64,000 nucleotides of DNA from Promethearchaeota archaeon (GTDB lineage Archaea; Asgardarchaeota; Lokiarchaeia; Sigyniarchaeales; SOKP01), in contig JAHPZI010000019.1 of assembly GCA_019058295.1 (NCBI GenBank), forward strand, positions 1-64,000, written 5' to 3'. Shown piece by piece: positions 38,493 through 48,465 of the stretch; positions within the stretch are counted from its first letter, which is position 1; each line of letters starts with the position of its first letter. The notes beneath the pieces were generated by a model. It was not told the DNA's origin. It did not search any database and saw only the letters and a list, made by a program, of their open reading frames with translations. The position numbers and the translations under genes were made by a program.

Positions 38493-39401
38493 ATGGAGAA
38501 AAAAGCGATTGCAATAGCTTGCCGAATGGATTCGGAAAGAGCAATTAAGTTAGCTAAAAGGATTTTTGAATTTTTAATCAAGAAGGGTGAAGTTGTTTAC
38601 CCAGAAACTAGAATAGCGCCAAAAATTCTTCCCCATAGTGGTAAAGATTTAAATGAAATGAATTCTAACGATATAAAGTTTTTAATTTCGATTGGTGGTG
38701 ATGGAACCCTTCTCAGAGTAGCAAATTGTTTACCACAAAATGATGCCCCTCCAATATTCGGCGTAAACATTGGATCTATAGGATTTTTAGACGAATCTAA
38801 TGAAAGAATTGTATTTAACGATTTAAACCCTTTATTAAATGGAGAATTTATAATCGAAAAATGTTCTAAAATTACTCCCTACATAGTTAAAGATAATGAA
38901 GAAATTAAACTCAACAATGCGTTAAACGAGATACTAATTGTTTCCTCCAAACATTCAAAAGTCTTACAAGTGTCATTAAGAATTAATGGGATTTTCCTCA
39001 ATCGAAGCTATTTAGACGGAGTAATTATCTCGACTTCAACTGGGTCCACGGCTTATAACCTAAGTGCTGGGGGGTCAATAATTACACCAAACACAGAAAT
39101 TATGCAAATAACTCCCCTAAATAGTTTTGCTCGTTCTGGATTAAGACCTATGGTTCTTCCTATTGAATCAGAAATAGAGATTGAGCTTTTAAGACCTCGA
39201 TTGAATGCTAAGATTGTGGTAGATGGTCAACAAGTAATAAAAGATATTCAGCCGAATACATTAATAAGAGTTCGGAAAGCAAATTCTGAAATTTATCTTA
39301 TCCGTTTATCTAAAAATCTTTACGAGAATTATTTTAAAAGATTAAGAAAAAAAATTATTGGTACAGTAAGGGTTCCATTAGATGACTCTCCAGAAGAGTA
39401 A
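38493..39401 (+). CDS. nadK: NAD(+)/NADH kinase
   Basis: GGDGT, GSIGFL, ALNE, DG..ISTSTGSTAYNLSAGG. Confidence 0.94.
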   Translation: MEKKAIAIACRMDSERAIKLAKRIFEFLIKKGEVVYPETRIAPKILPHSGKDLNEMNSNDIKFLISIGGDGTLLRVANCLPQNDAPPIFGVNIGSIGFLDESNERIVFNDLNPLLNGEFIIEKCSKITPYIVKDNEEIKLNNALNEILIVSSKHSKVLQVSLRINGIFLNRSYLDGVIISTSTGSTAYNLSAGGSIITPNTEIMQITPLNSFARSGLRPMVLPIESEIEIELLRPRLNAKIVVDGQQVIKDIQPNTLIRVRKANSEIYLIRLSKNLYENYFKRLRKKIIGTVRVPLDDSPEE

Positions 39402-39936
39402 TAAGAAGAATAATGAAATTTTAATTTTTGATACCAATATTTTCCTAATGGGTGTTGATTTCAATTTATTAGAGGGAATTATTTACACTACCGATAATAT
39501 CATTGAAGAGGTTAAAGTAGAAAGATATCTTAATAAAAATAGAAACATAATCAATAGAATTCAGGCAGCAATAGATAGTGGTAAGTTAAAAGTAAGAACA
39601 CCCTTAAAAACATATGTTTCTAAGATTGATAAATCATCCAAAATAACTGGTGATTATAATGCTCTTTCTAATCCTGATAAAGAATTAATAGATTTAGCTT
39701 TAGAGTTAAAATTTACACGCAATAAGAACATACTTGTATATACTAATGATTATTCTATGCAAAATGTATGCTCTGAGATGCAGATTCCATTTTCACCATT
39801 AATTAGAAAAGGAATTAAATCAAAAATACTCTGGGAAGTATACTGTCCTCATTGTGAGGATATTCACAATGTAGAAGAATTAAATAAACCTTGTGAAAAA
39901 TGTGGATTAAAATTAAAGCGACGACCAAAAAAATAA
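39382..39936 (+). CDS. nob1: Nob1 rRNA maturation endonuclease (PIN + zinc ribbon)
   Basis: FDTN, LSNPD, TNDYSMQN, CPHC...CEKCG. Confidence 0.88.
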   Translation: MTLQKSNKKNNEILIFDTNIFLMGVDFNLLEGIIYTTDNIIEEVKVERYLNKNRNIINRIQAAIDSGKLKVRTPLKTYVSKIDKSSKITGDYNALSNPDKELIDLALELKFTRNKNILVYTNDYSMQNVCSEMQIPFSPLIRKGIKSKILWEVYCPHCEDIHNVEELNKPCEKCGLKLKRRPKK

Positions 39937-40014
39937 AATAAGGATATAGTGGAAATTATATATAAGAATATCCAATTATAATTAGATAAAGACAAAGTGC
40001 GAAGAGAAATTATA

Positions 40015-41055
40015 ATGGGAATAAAAATAAATGAATTAGTGGGAGAAGTAAAGAGATCAATCACATTCGAGAACTTATTCTCAAAAAAAATTGCTATTGA
40101 TGCGTTCAATACTATTTATCAATTCTTAGCAATCATTCGTCAGAGAGATGGAACGCCACTGAAAGATTACGAGGGTAACGTTACCTCGCATCTTTCAGGA
40201 TTATTTTATAGAACAATAAATTTCATAGAACATAATATTAAACCTATTTATGTTTTTGATGGAAAACCATCTGAATTAAAGTTAAAGACAATTTCAGAAA
40301 GAAGGAAGATAAAAGAAGAAGCTAAAGTCAAAATGGTTGAGGCGCAAGAAAAAGAGGATTTTAAAGAAGCGAAAAAATTTGCTCAAATGACATCCAAACT
40401 CGATTCTGATATGATTGAAGAGAGCAAAAAATTAATTTCATTTATGGGCATTCCACTCGTTGAGGCTAGCTCAGAAGGGGAATCTCAATCTGCATATATG
40501 GTAGAAAATGGGGATGCTTGGGCTTGTGCTTCTCAGGATTATGATACTTTATTGTTTGGAGGAGAAAGATTAATAAGAAATTTTGCGGTGAGTCGAAGTA
40601 AAAAGGTTAAGGACACCGCAATCACACTAGATATTGAGTATGTTTCACTATCAAAATTCCTAGACAATTTTGGGATAACCAGAGAACAACTAATAGATAT
40701 GGGAATCTTAATCGGAACTGATTTTTTTCCAGGTATAAAAGGAATTGGACAACATAAAGCATTGGAATTAATAAAAGAACATAAATCAATAGAAAATATT
40801 ATAAAAAATAAGATAAAAGAAATTGAACTAGATTTAGATGTGGTTAATCAAATAAAAGATATTTTTTTAAATCCTGATATTAAAAAAGAATACCCAAAAT
40901 TAATCTGGAACAAAATAGATTACGAAAAAATCGAAGAGCTGATGATTGAGCAACATAATTTTTCAGATTCTAGAATTAAAAACGCTTTAGAACGTTTAAG
41001 GAAAAATGATTCTTCTAAAACTCAAGTTTCGCTTGATAGATATTTTAAAAAATAA
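40015..41055 (+). CDS. fen: Flap endonuclease 1
   Basis: MGI start, IDAFN, TSHLSGLFYR, EGESQ, SQDYD, GTDF; C-terminal PIP box QVSLDRYF. Confidence 0.96.
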   Translation: MGIKINELVGEVKRSITFENLFSKKIAIDAFNTIYQFLAIIRQRDGTPLKDYEGNVTSHLSGLFYRTINFIEHNIKPIYVFDGKPSELKLKTISERRKIKEEAKVKMVEAQEKEDFKEAKKFAQMTSKLDSDMIEESKKLISFMGIPLVEASSEGESQSAYMVENGDAWACASQDYDTLLFGGERLIRNFAVSRSKKVKDTAITLDIEYVSLSKFLDNFGITREQLIDMGILIGTDFFPGIKGIGQHKALELIKEHKSIENIIKNKIKEIELDLDVVNQIKDIFLNPDIKKEYPKLIWNKIDYEKIEELMIEQHNFSDSRIKNALERLRKNDSSKTQVSLDRYFKK

Positions 41056-41148
41056 TAATTTCATTTATATTTCAAAAAGCAAAAATTTTTACAGAATTTA
41101 ATTATTTAATATACATATCATACAAATTCTAATAATAATTGAATAATT

Positions 41149-43377
41149 ATGACCGAAGGAGATAAAGCCGATGATACCGATGTTTCGTCCCCAAGATTTA
41201 CACTCAGAGTGCAAAAGGCCAAGAAACGTGATATTGGAAGGAATATTATTCGAATAGACCCTGAAACAATGGAAAAACTAGAGATTCAGACAGGGGATGT
41301 TATTGCGTTAAATGGCAAAAAAGAAAGTGCCGGTATTGCGTGGCCTAGTTATCCTCAAGATAATGGTTTGGGAATTGTTCGAATCGATTCTAGATTAAGG
41401 AAAAATACCGGTACTAGTATTGATGATTCTATTGAGATTAGGAAAATAGATGCAAAAGTTGCACAAAATATCGTAATTGCTCCCGCCAGTGTTAAAATTA
41501 GAACAAATCCTAGGTTTGAATCTTTTGTAAAAAGAAAATTAAATAATTATCCAGTTACGATTGATGATATTATTCTAATTTCAATAGGGATAAGTAGAGA
41601 AATAACTTTTAAAGTTATTAGCTTGAGACCAAAGGGAATATGTGTTATAAAACCTGAGTCGTCTTTGCATATCAGCGAACATGTAACAGAAGACGAAGAA
41701 AGGGGTACTAATTATATCACGTATGAAGATGTTGGCGGTTTAGATAGAGAGATACAACGAGTGCGAGAAATGGTTGAATTGCCTTTACGTCATCCTTCTT
41801 TATTTAAGCGCTTAGGTATAGATCCTCCAAAAGGGGTATTATTAAGAGGACCACCAGGTTGTGGAAAAACTTTATTAGCTAGAGCAGTTGCTAATGAAAG
41901 TGAAGCTCATTTTATATCTATAAATGGACCAGAGATTATGAGTAAATTTTATGGAGAATCTGAAAAAAAACTGCGAAAACTTTTTATCGAAGCGGAAGAA
42001 AAAAGTCCTTCAATAATTTTTATTGACGAAATTGATGCTATTGCTCCTAAAAGAGAGACTGTTACAGGAGAAGTTGAGCGAAGAGTAGTAGCACAATTAT
42101 TAGCTTTAATGGATGGATTACATAGTAGAGGAAAAACTATTGTTATAGGTGCTACGAATAGACCTAACAGCTTAGATGAAGCTTTACGCCGTCCTGGACG
42201 GTTCGATCGTGAAATTGAAATAAAAGTTCCTAACGAAAAAGGTCGTCGAGAAATCTTTCAGATACACACTAGAAATATGCCGCTGGATAAAAGATTTTCA
42301 ATAAAAGATTACTCTCAAATAACCCATGGGTTTGTAGGGGCTGATATTTCAGCAGTATGCCGAGAGGCGGCTATGTCAGCTCTAAGAAGATATTTACCAA
42401 AAATAGACTTAGAATCAGAATATATTGATCCCGAATTATTAGAGCAAATTCAAGTAACTAAAAACGATTTTAACCAAGCGTTAAAGGAAGTAATGCCTTC
42501 TGGAATAAGAGAAGTATTTGTAGAGGTACCGAATGTAACTTGGGAACAAATAGGTGGATTAGATGATTTGAAGCAATTATTAGTAGAAGCGGTAGATTGG
42601 CCCTTATCTCATCCAAAAATATTTAAGAGGATGGGTATTACTCCTCCAAAAGGAATTTTACTTTATGGACCTCCCGGATGCGGAAAAACTTTATTAGCAA
42701 GAGCGGTCGCGACGGAAAGCAAAGCAAATTTTATCTCTATTAAAGGGCCAGAATTATTGTCAAAATGGGTTGGAGAAAGTGAAAAAGCAATAAGAGAAGT
42801 TTTTAGAAAAGCTAAAATGGCAGCACCCTGCATTATCTTTTTTGATGAATTTGATTCTATTGCTCCCTCTCGAGGTCGACACACATCAGATTCAGGTGTG
42901 TCTGAAAAAGTTTTATCTCAATTTCTTACTGAATTAGACGGATTGGAAGTAAATAAAGATATTGTAGTTATAGCAGCATCAAATCGTCCCGATATATTAG
43001 ACCCTGCTCTGATTAGACCGGGAAGAATTGACCGAATTTTATTAGTTCCAGCCCCAAACGAGAAAGGAACGTTAGAAATCTTGAAAATTTATACTAAGGA
43101 TATGCCCTTAGCAAGCAATTTAAAACTTACTAATCTAAATCAAATGGTTAAAGGTTTTTCTGGTGCCGATATAGAAACTTTTTGTCGTGAAGCTGCTATG
43201 ATCGCTCTAAGGGAAAATATTCGAGCGCGAAAAATCTCTGAAGATCATTTTAGGGAGGCAAGAAAATTAGTTAATCCAAGCATTACTCAAGAGATAATTG
43301 ATTGGTACACAAATTTCGGAGAACGATTAAAAAGACGGCAATTAGATCAATCAAAAGAAGATAGATTATTTGTATAA
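41149..43377 (+). CDS. cdc48: CDC48/VCP-family AAA+ ATPase
   Basis: N domain plus two AAA modules (GPPGCGKT twice, FIDEID/FFDEFD, RPGR). Confidence 0.96.
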   Translation: MTEGDKADDTDVSSPRFTLRVQKAKKRDIGRNIIRIDPETMEKLEIQTGDVIALNGKKESAGIAWPSYPQDNGLGIVRIDSRLRKNTGTSIDDSIEIRKIDAKVAQNIVIAPASVKIRTNPRFESFVKRKLNNYPVTIDDIILISIGISREITFKVISLRPKGICVIKPESSLHISEHVTEDEERGTNYITYEDVGGLDREIQRVREMVELPLRHPSLFKRLGIDPPKGVLLRGPPGCGKTLLARAVANESEAHFISINGPEIMSKFYGESEKKLRKLFIEAEEKSPSIIFIDEIDAIAPKRETVTGEVERRVVAQLLALMDGLHSRGKTIVIGATNRPNSLDEALRRPGRFDREIEIKVPNEKGRREIFQIHTRNMPLDKRFSIKDYSQITHGFVGADISAVCREAAMSALRRYLPKIDLESEYIDPELLEQIQVTKNDFNQALKEVMPSGIREVFVEVPNVTWEQIGGLDDLKQLLVEAVDWPLSHPKIFKRMGITPPKGILLYGPPGCGKTLLARAVATESKANFISIKGPELLSKWVGESEKAIREVFRKAKMAAPCIIFFDEFDSIAPSRGRHTSDSGVSEKVLSQFLTELDGLEVNKDIVVIAASNRPDILDPALIRPGRIDRILLVPAPNEKGTLEILKIYTKDMPLASNLKLTNLNQMVKGFSGADIETFCREAAMIALRENIRARKISEDHFREARKLVNPSITQEIIDWYTNFGERLKRRQLDQSKEDRLFV

Positions 43378-43492
43378 AATTAAAAAATTTAATTAAAAAG
43401 CTATTATTTTTAAATTTATTACTTAAATCTATTCCTAAATTTCTTATATTTTCTAAATAGATCTAAAAATTAAACACCTATGGTGAAATTTT

Positions 43493-43765
43493 ATCGAATC
43501 ATATCGTTGGAACCAAAAACCAATTTTGAATATAATTATTGAGTTGCTTCTAAAAAATAAAGGAGAGATGTTAGATAAAAGAATGGAAGAATTACTTAAA
43601 AAAGAATTCCCATTCATTAACACATTAGTCTTAGAAGAAATCTTCATGAAGCTGGAAACCATGAACATAATAAATGTTTTCCGAGTCTCAAAAACGAAAA
43701 AAATGATTGTTCTCAATAAAAATAACGAAAAAATAAACGAGCCCTTGATGCGCGAACTGCTTTAA
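43493..43765 (+). CDS. Small winged-helix-like protein downstream of CDC48
   Basis: PILNIIIELL...FMKLETMNIINVFRVSKTKKMI pattern. The frame is open from 43487; the ORF track starts at TTG 43526, and a candidate ATC start lies at 43493. Confidence 0.55.
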   Translation: MESYRWNQKPILNIIIELLLKNKGEMLDKRMEELLKKEFPFINTLVLEEIFMKLETMNIINVFRVSKTKKMIVLNKNNEKINEPLMRELL

Positions 43766-45292
43766 CTAATTGGCTTGTTTATTTTGCCAATTTAAACAGA
43801 CTTGAGACAATGAAACATCCTCAATTTTCGATTTATATTCTCTTTCTCTTATATCAATAAAAATCGGATAATTAACAGCATTTCCCGTTAATAACATTTC
43901 CCCGACTCCTAAACTAGAGATCATATCAGCATATCCTTTAGAAATTGCTTCTGAACTGTCCATAAGATGTTTTAAATCGTAAGGATTTTTTATATTTAAT
44001 ATCATTTTTGAATTTAATTGAGAAAGGGCAGTAGAGCTCAATCTTTTAGGTCTCTGACTTATGAGGCATAAGCATGCCATAAACTTTCTACCTTCTCGCG
44101 CGATGGTTTCTATTATTGATTTTGATATAGCTCTTGAATGTGCAGCCTCAGGACAAAATTGATGAGCTTCTTCTATAATTAATAAGAATGGAGGTATTTT
44201 ATTGAGTCTTCTAAGATAAAATAATCTTTTGCATAAATAATCAACAATTATTTGTTTTTTTCTAATATTGGTTTCATTGGCTAAATTAAAAATGGATAAT
44301 TCTCCTTGTTTTACAATGTTATTGATTATAGGATTCTCTTTAGGGCCGAATAAATTTAACCGATTTAATTCTGTTAACCATCCTATTAATGCTTGTTTTG
44401 TATTTTTACCTACTTGTGTATCACTATCAATAATATCAATTAAATCATGTAAAGTGAACCCTCCTTTTTTCTTATTATCACTTTTTAGTTTTTGAATATA
44501 ATTAGAGAGTTCGCGAATTTGAACATTAGAAATTTGTTCTTGATATTTCTTAAATGACCAAGCGTTTAATTTTGGGACTCCAATCTGCATGTATGAAATA
44601 TTTTGTATTTTAACTTTATCTTTTAATTCATTTATTTCATTCAGATATGTGTATTCTCCATGTACATCAATAAGAATTATTGCCGGTGTACCCATTTTTC
44701 CATTTCGATTTAATAATTCCTCAATTATTACTGATATTAAATAACTTTTTCCACCTCCAGAAATAGAAAGAACTGCAAAGTGTTTATTAAATAGACGATT
44801 CATATTGATTTTAGCTTCGAAATTTGAAGTTTTAAATTTTCCTATATTCAATCCCCTATCAATATCAAATCCAACGAAAATATTTAAGATATCTTCCTCT
44901 ACTCTATGTACTTCCGCTCCTGGACTTGCTGGAAAGGTCATTCTTTGAATCCTTTTAATCTTTTTCTGCTGCTCATTTTCGAATTCAATAATACCTAAAC
45001 ATTTAACAATAGCAATCGCAAACTCAAAATCTTCACTGGGAAAAAGTCCTTTCAAAATATTTGGATTATTATTGCTATTATAGGCTTTTATTGTTAACGC
45101 ATCGGAAAAATATTCGTTCAGTAGTATAATTTTTTCAATTATGCCAACCAAAAAACCTTCAACTGAACGAGTGTAAACAAATAATCCTTTCTTTACAACC
45201 ATTCCATCTCTTCTTTTATTTATGACAAAAGGGAATTTGGAAACATCTGGTAATTGGAGATAATTAAAAACAATTCCAACTTTGAATGACAT
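43766..45292 (-). CDS. HerA/FtsK-superfamily ATPase (DUF87)
   Basis: HFAVLSISGGGKS, IDVHGEY, IIEEAH, REGRK, SQRP; N-terminal HAS-barrel-like region. Confidence 0.88.
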   Translation of the reverse strand: MSFKVGIVFNYLQLPDVSKFPFVINKRRDGMVVKKGLFVYTRSVEGFLVGIIEKIILLNEYFSDALTIKAYNSNNNPNILKGLFPSEDFEFAIAIVKCLGIIEFENEQQKKIKRIQRMTFPASPGAEVHRVEEDILNIFVGFDIDRGLNIGKFKTSNFEAKINMNRLFNKHFAVLSISGGGKSYLISVIIEELLNRNGKMGTPAIILIDVHGEYTYLNEINELKDKVKIQNISYMQIGVPKLNAWSFKKYQEQISNVQIRELSNYIQKLKSDNKKKGGFTLHDLIDIIDSDTQVGKNTKQALIGWLTELNRLNLFGPKENPIINNIVKQGELSIFNLANETNIRKKQIIVDYLCKRLFYLRRLNKIPPFLLIIEEAHQFCPEAAHSRAISKSIIETIAREGRKFMACLCLISQRPKRLSSTALSQLNSKMILNIKNPYDLKHLMDSSEAISKGYADMISSLGVGEMLLTGNAVNYPIFIDIREREYKSKIEDVSLSQVCLNWQNKQAN

Positions 45293-45509
45293 TATTTTTT
45301 TAGGAAAGAAATTTAAGTTATTTTATGTACTTGACTTTAATTATAAAGACGATTGAATTTAAAGAAAATAAGAGTAGTAATTTTCTGACTTTTACTTGAA
45401 ATTAAAAAAGAGTAAAAAATTTATGATTCTAGTTTTCTTCTTCTTTTGGAGATTTTTCTAACGGGAAAAAAAAGGAAAAAATAAAATATTTCTTCTATTT
45501 TTGAATGGC

Positions 45510-46106
45510 TTATATTGTTTTGAATGAATCTTCTTCTTCTTCATCTTCAAGCGTATATATCAGTCTAATGATGAGAGCGTAGCCATTGAACCAAAAATAG
45601 AAGAATCCAACAACTAATCCAAAAACCATGAATATAAGAAGTGCTACAAATAACAGGATTTGCCCATCTGAAAAATCTTGTAAGAAAGTAAAAGAAACTT
45701 CGATAAAGAGTTCATAAAAGAAGGCAACAACTATACCAATAATAATAGCAAATATACTTACCAACAATGAAATGGTAAAAATTTGTACACTACGGTTATT
45801 TTTATATTTAGAGTGTAATTTACGCTCCCGAAAAAGTGTTCTTAAAAAAAATGATCTCCCTTTTGTACTCATTCCAATACCAAACACTATTAAAATAAAT
45901 AACCCAGCAAATAATGCGCCAATTATTGCGATCTGAATTCCTAGATTTTGTTCTTGAAATAATTCCAACTTTCCTTCTGCCATAATTAGGTCTGCAATTG
46001 TATAAACCACTCCACCAATGGTTATAATGCTTATAATAACTATACATATATAAAATATAGTTGCGATGAGTTTCTGAGTTTTTGAATATGTAACTGTCTC
46101 ATTCAT
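45510..46106 (-). CDS. 4-TM membrane protein, paralog B
   Basis: Four TM segments; clearly homologous to 46151-46753. Confidence 0.8.
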   Translation of the reverse strand: MNETVTYSKTQKLIATIFYICIVIISIITIGGVVYTIADLIMAEGKLELFQEQNLGIQIAIIGALFAGLFILIVFGIGMSTKGRSFFLRTLFRERKLHSKYKNNRSVQIFTISLLVSIFAIIIGIVVAFFYELFIEVSFTFLQDFSDGQILLFVALLIFMVFGLVVGFFYFWFNGYALIIRLIYTLEDEEEEDSFKTI

Positions 46107-46150
46107 TTAATTTACCCTTTATAATATCATTTATATTTAATATTATTCCT

Positions 46151-46753
46151 TTAATCTTCTTCTTCAAGCGTATATAACAATCTAATGATAAGACCATAGC
46201 CGTTGAACCACATATAGAGGAGTGCAAGTGCTAATATAGTAATTATCAAATATAAGATACTGATTATCAAAGCTATTTGTCCTCCGCTTAGATTTTCAGT
46301 AAGACCTGCTATGGAAAATTCCTGACCACCGACAAGTGACCGAAATACCTCATAAATAATAGATATTACAATTCCTATTATTATAGCAAATAAACTTATC
46401 ATTAAAGCTCCAGCTGCAATTTTTACAGTTTTTCTATTCTTAAATTTATCCTCTAGCTCTATTGGTCTAAAAATTATATTTAATATTACGGTAGTACCTT
46501 TTTTAAACAAACCATAAAATAAAATCAATAGGAAAAAGAGTGCTGCTAAAATTCCCCCAATAATCGCTATTTGCAACCCAAGACTAAGCCTTAGGAAAAG
46601 CTCCGTTTTACCCTGTGCCATAATAATATCTAGTAAAGTCCATATTGTTGATCCTATAATCATAATAAATGCTATTACAAAGCTTACATAGAAAATTGTT
46701 CCTATTATTTTTTGTCTTCCCGTGTATTGTTTTATATCAGTCATAATTTTCAA
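46151..46753 (-). CDS. 4-TM membrane protein, paralog A
   Basis: Shares QKIIGTIFY, IMA.GK.ELF, LG.QIAIIG and WFNGY.LIIRL.YTLE with 45510-46106. Confidence 0.8.
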   Translation of the reverse strand: MKIMTDIKQYTGRQKIIGTIFYVSFVIAFIMIIGSTIWTLLDIIMAQGKTELFLRLSLGLQIAIIGGILAALFFLLILFYGLFKKGTTVILNIIFRPIELEDKFKNRKTVKIAAGALMISLFAIIIGIVISIIYEVFRSLVGGQEFSIAGLTENLSGGQIALIISILYLIITILALALLYMWFNGYGLIIRLLYTLEEED

Positions 46754-46835
46754 ACTAAAATATTATTTTATTATTGAAAAATTACCTTTTAAGATATTTA
46801 AAATTGTTGTATAATTTTGAAAAAAAATGAAGCTA

Positions 46836-48371
46836 TTAATCAGAATCTATAATCTTGGTTAAATCATCAAAACTTTTATACAAATTATGGCTTTTTAATA
46901 AGTCATAAAAATCACACGAAAAATTATAAATCTTATTATAATAAGCGTGTCTATTTTCATTGGGAAGCCATTTTTTATCAACTTTACATAAACTTTCTGC
47001 TGCTTTTGATATATCAGGAAATAATCCTGCTCCAGAAGCCGCTAATATAGCAGCTCCCAAGGAAGTTGCTTCCTCAATTATATTTCTTACACAAGTAATT
47101 CCTAATACATCAGCGTAAATCTGATTCCAGATATCTGAACGAGCTCCTCCACCAGTAAGCAGCAATTCCCTAGGTTCAATTCCTAATTCTTTAAAAACTT
47201 CAACATTTTTCTTTAATTCATATGCCACGCCTTCAAATACAGCCCTATAAAGATCCTTCCTTTCATGTCCTAACGATAACCCAAATAGAATTCCCTTAGC
47301 ATAAGGATTCCAGTGCGGGGCCCCAGCACCAACTAAATGTGGAATAAATAGAAGACCATTTGCTCCCATTGGAGATTTTTGGACTTCAATATCTATTAAC
47401 TCATAAGGATCTTGTCCTTCTTCAGCGTTCATAATTTCTGCATGTCCAATTTTATCTCTAAACCACCGAAGGCTTGCCCCTGAGGTAAATATACTGGCTT
47501 CTTGAACCCAAGCACCAGGAATAGCATGGCAACTACATAGAACCCTTTTTTTAGGATCTAAATTAGGTTCCTTTAAATAAGCAAGAATAAAACTACCTGT
47601 GCCTGTTGTACATTTAATTTCACCAGGAGAAACTACACCTACACCTAAAGCAGCTGATTGTTGATCTCCTGCGCCTGTTATGACCAAGGTTTTTTTATCA
47701 AAATCAGTTTCATCAGAGATAATTTCACCAATATCAACACCACTTTCAAATGCTTCTGGCATTTTATCAATATCTAACTCTAATTCAGAGGCTATGAATT
47801 CAGAATATTTTAAGTTATTAATATCAAATAACATAGTCCTACTCGCATTTGAATGATCAGTGACGAATTTTCCTGTTAACTTATAAATAATATAATCAGC
47901 TACAAGAAGAAATTTATGAGCTTTATTATAGATCTCGGGCTTTTTTTCCTTAAACCACATGATTTTTGAAATACTGAAATATGGATCAATAGTAAGACCT
48001 GTAGTTTCATAGATTTTCTCAATCCCAATCTTTTCCTTGATTTGATTACATTGTTCTGTGGTACGTCGGTCTTGCCAAACTAAGGCATTATGAAGCGGAA
48101 TACCCTCTTTATCAACCGGTACAATGGTCTCCCGTTGATTAGTTACTGAAACACTCACAATTTCGGTTTTATCGATTCCACTTTTCCGTATCGCAGCCTC
48201 AATCGTTTTTTTAATCGAATTCCACCATGCATTGGCATCCTGCTCCACATAAGAAGGTGTAGGATAAAAACTCTCCCATTCTTGATAATCACTTGCTATT
48301 ATGGTTCCGGCAAGATCAAAAATATAAGTTCGACATCCAGTAGTTCCTAAATCTAAGCTCGCAACAAACAT
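46836..48371 (-). CDS. FGGY-family carbohydrate kinase (xylulo-/glycerol kinase-like)
   Basis: DLGTTG, TNQRET, WQDRR, SNASRT, GDQ, GGGARS. Confidence 0.92.
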   Translation of the reverse strand: MFVASLDLGTTGCRTYIFDLAGTIIASDYQEWESFYPTPSYVEQDANAWWNSIKKTIEAAIRKSGIDKTEIVSVSVTNQRETIVPVDKEGIPLHNALVWQDRRTTEQCNQIKEKIGIEKIYETTGLTIDPYFSISKIMWFKEKKPEIYNKAHKFLLVADYIIYKLTGKFVTDHSNASRTMLFDINNLKYSEFIASELELDIDKMPEAFESGVDIGEIISDETDFDKKTLVITGAGDQQSAALGVGVVSPGEIKCTTGTGSFILAYLKEPNLDPKKRVLCSCHAIPGAWVQEASIFTSGASLRWFRDKIGHAEIMNAEEGQDPYELIDIEVQKSPMGANGLLFIPHLVGAGAPHWNPYAKGILFGLSLGHERKDLYRAVFEGVAYELKKNVEVFKELGIEPRELLLTGGGARSDIWNQIYADVLGITCVRNIIEEATSLGAAILAASGAGLFPDISKAAESLCKVDKKWLPNENRHAYYNKIYNFSCDFYDLLKSHNLYKSFDDLTKIIDSD

Positions 48372-48465
48372 AACACTAATCCTAATTATTTTTAAATTAT
48401 AAAATTAATAAAAAGCTATTGTTTTTAAATCTCTTTTATTGTTAAATAACATTTGGGTAGAATTC

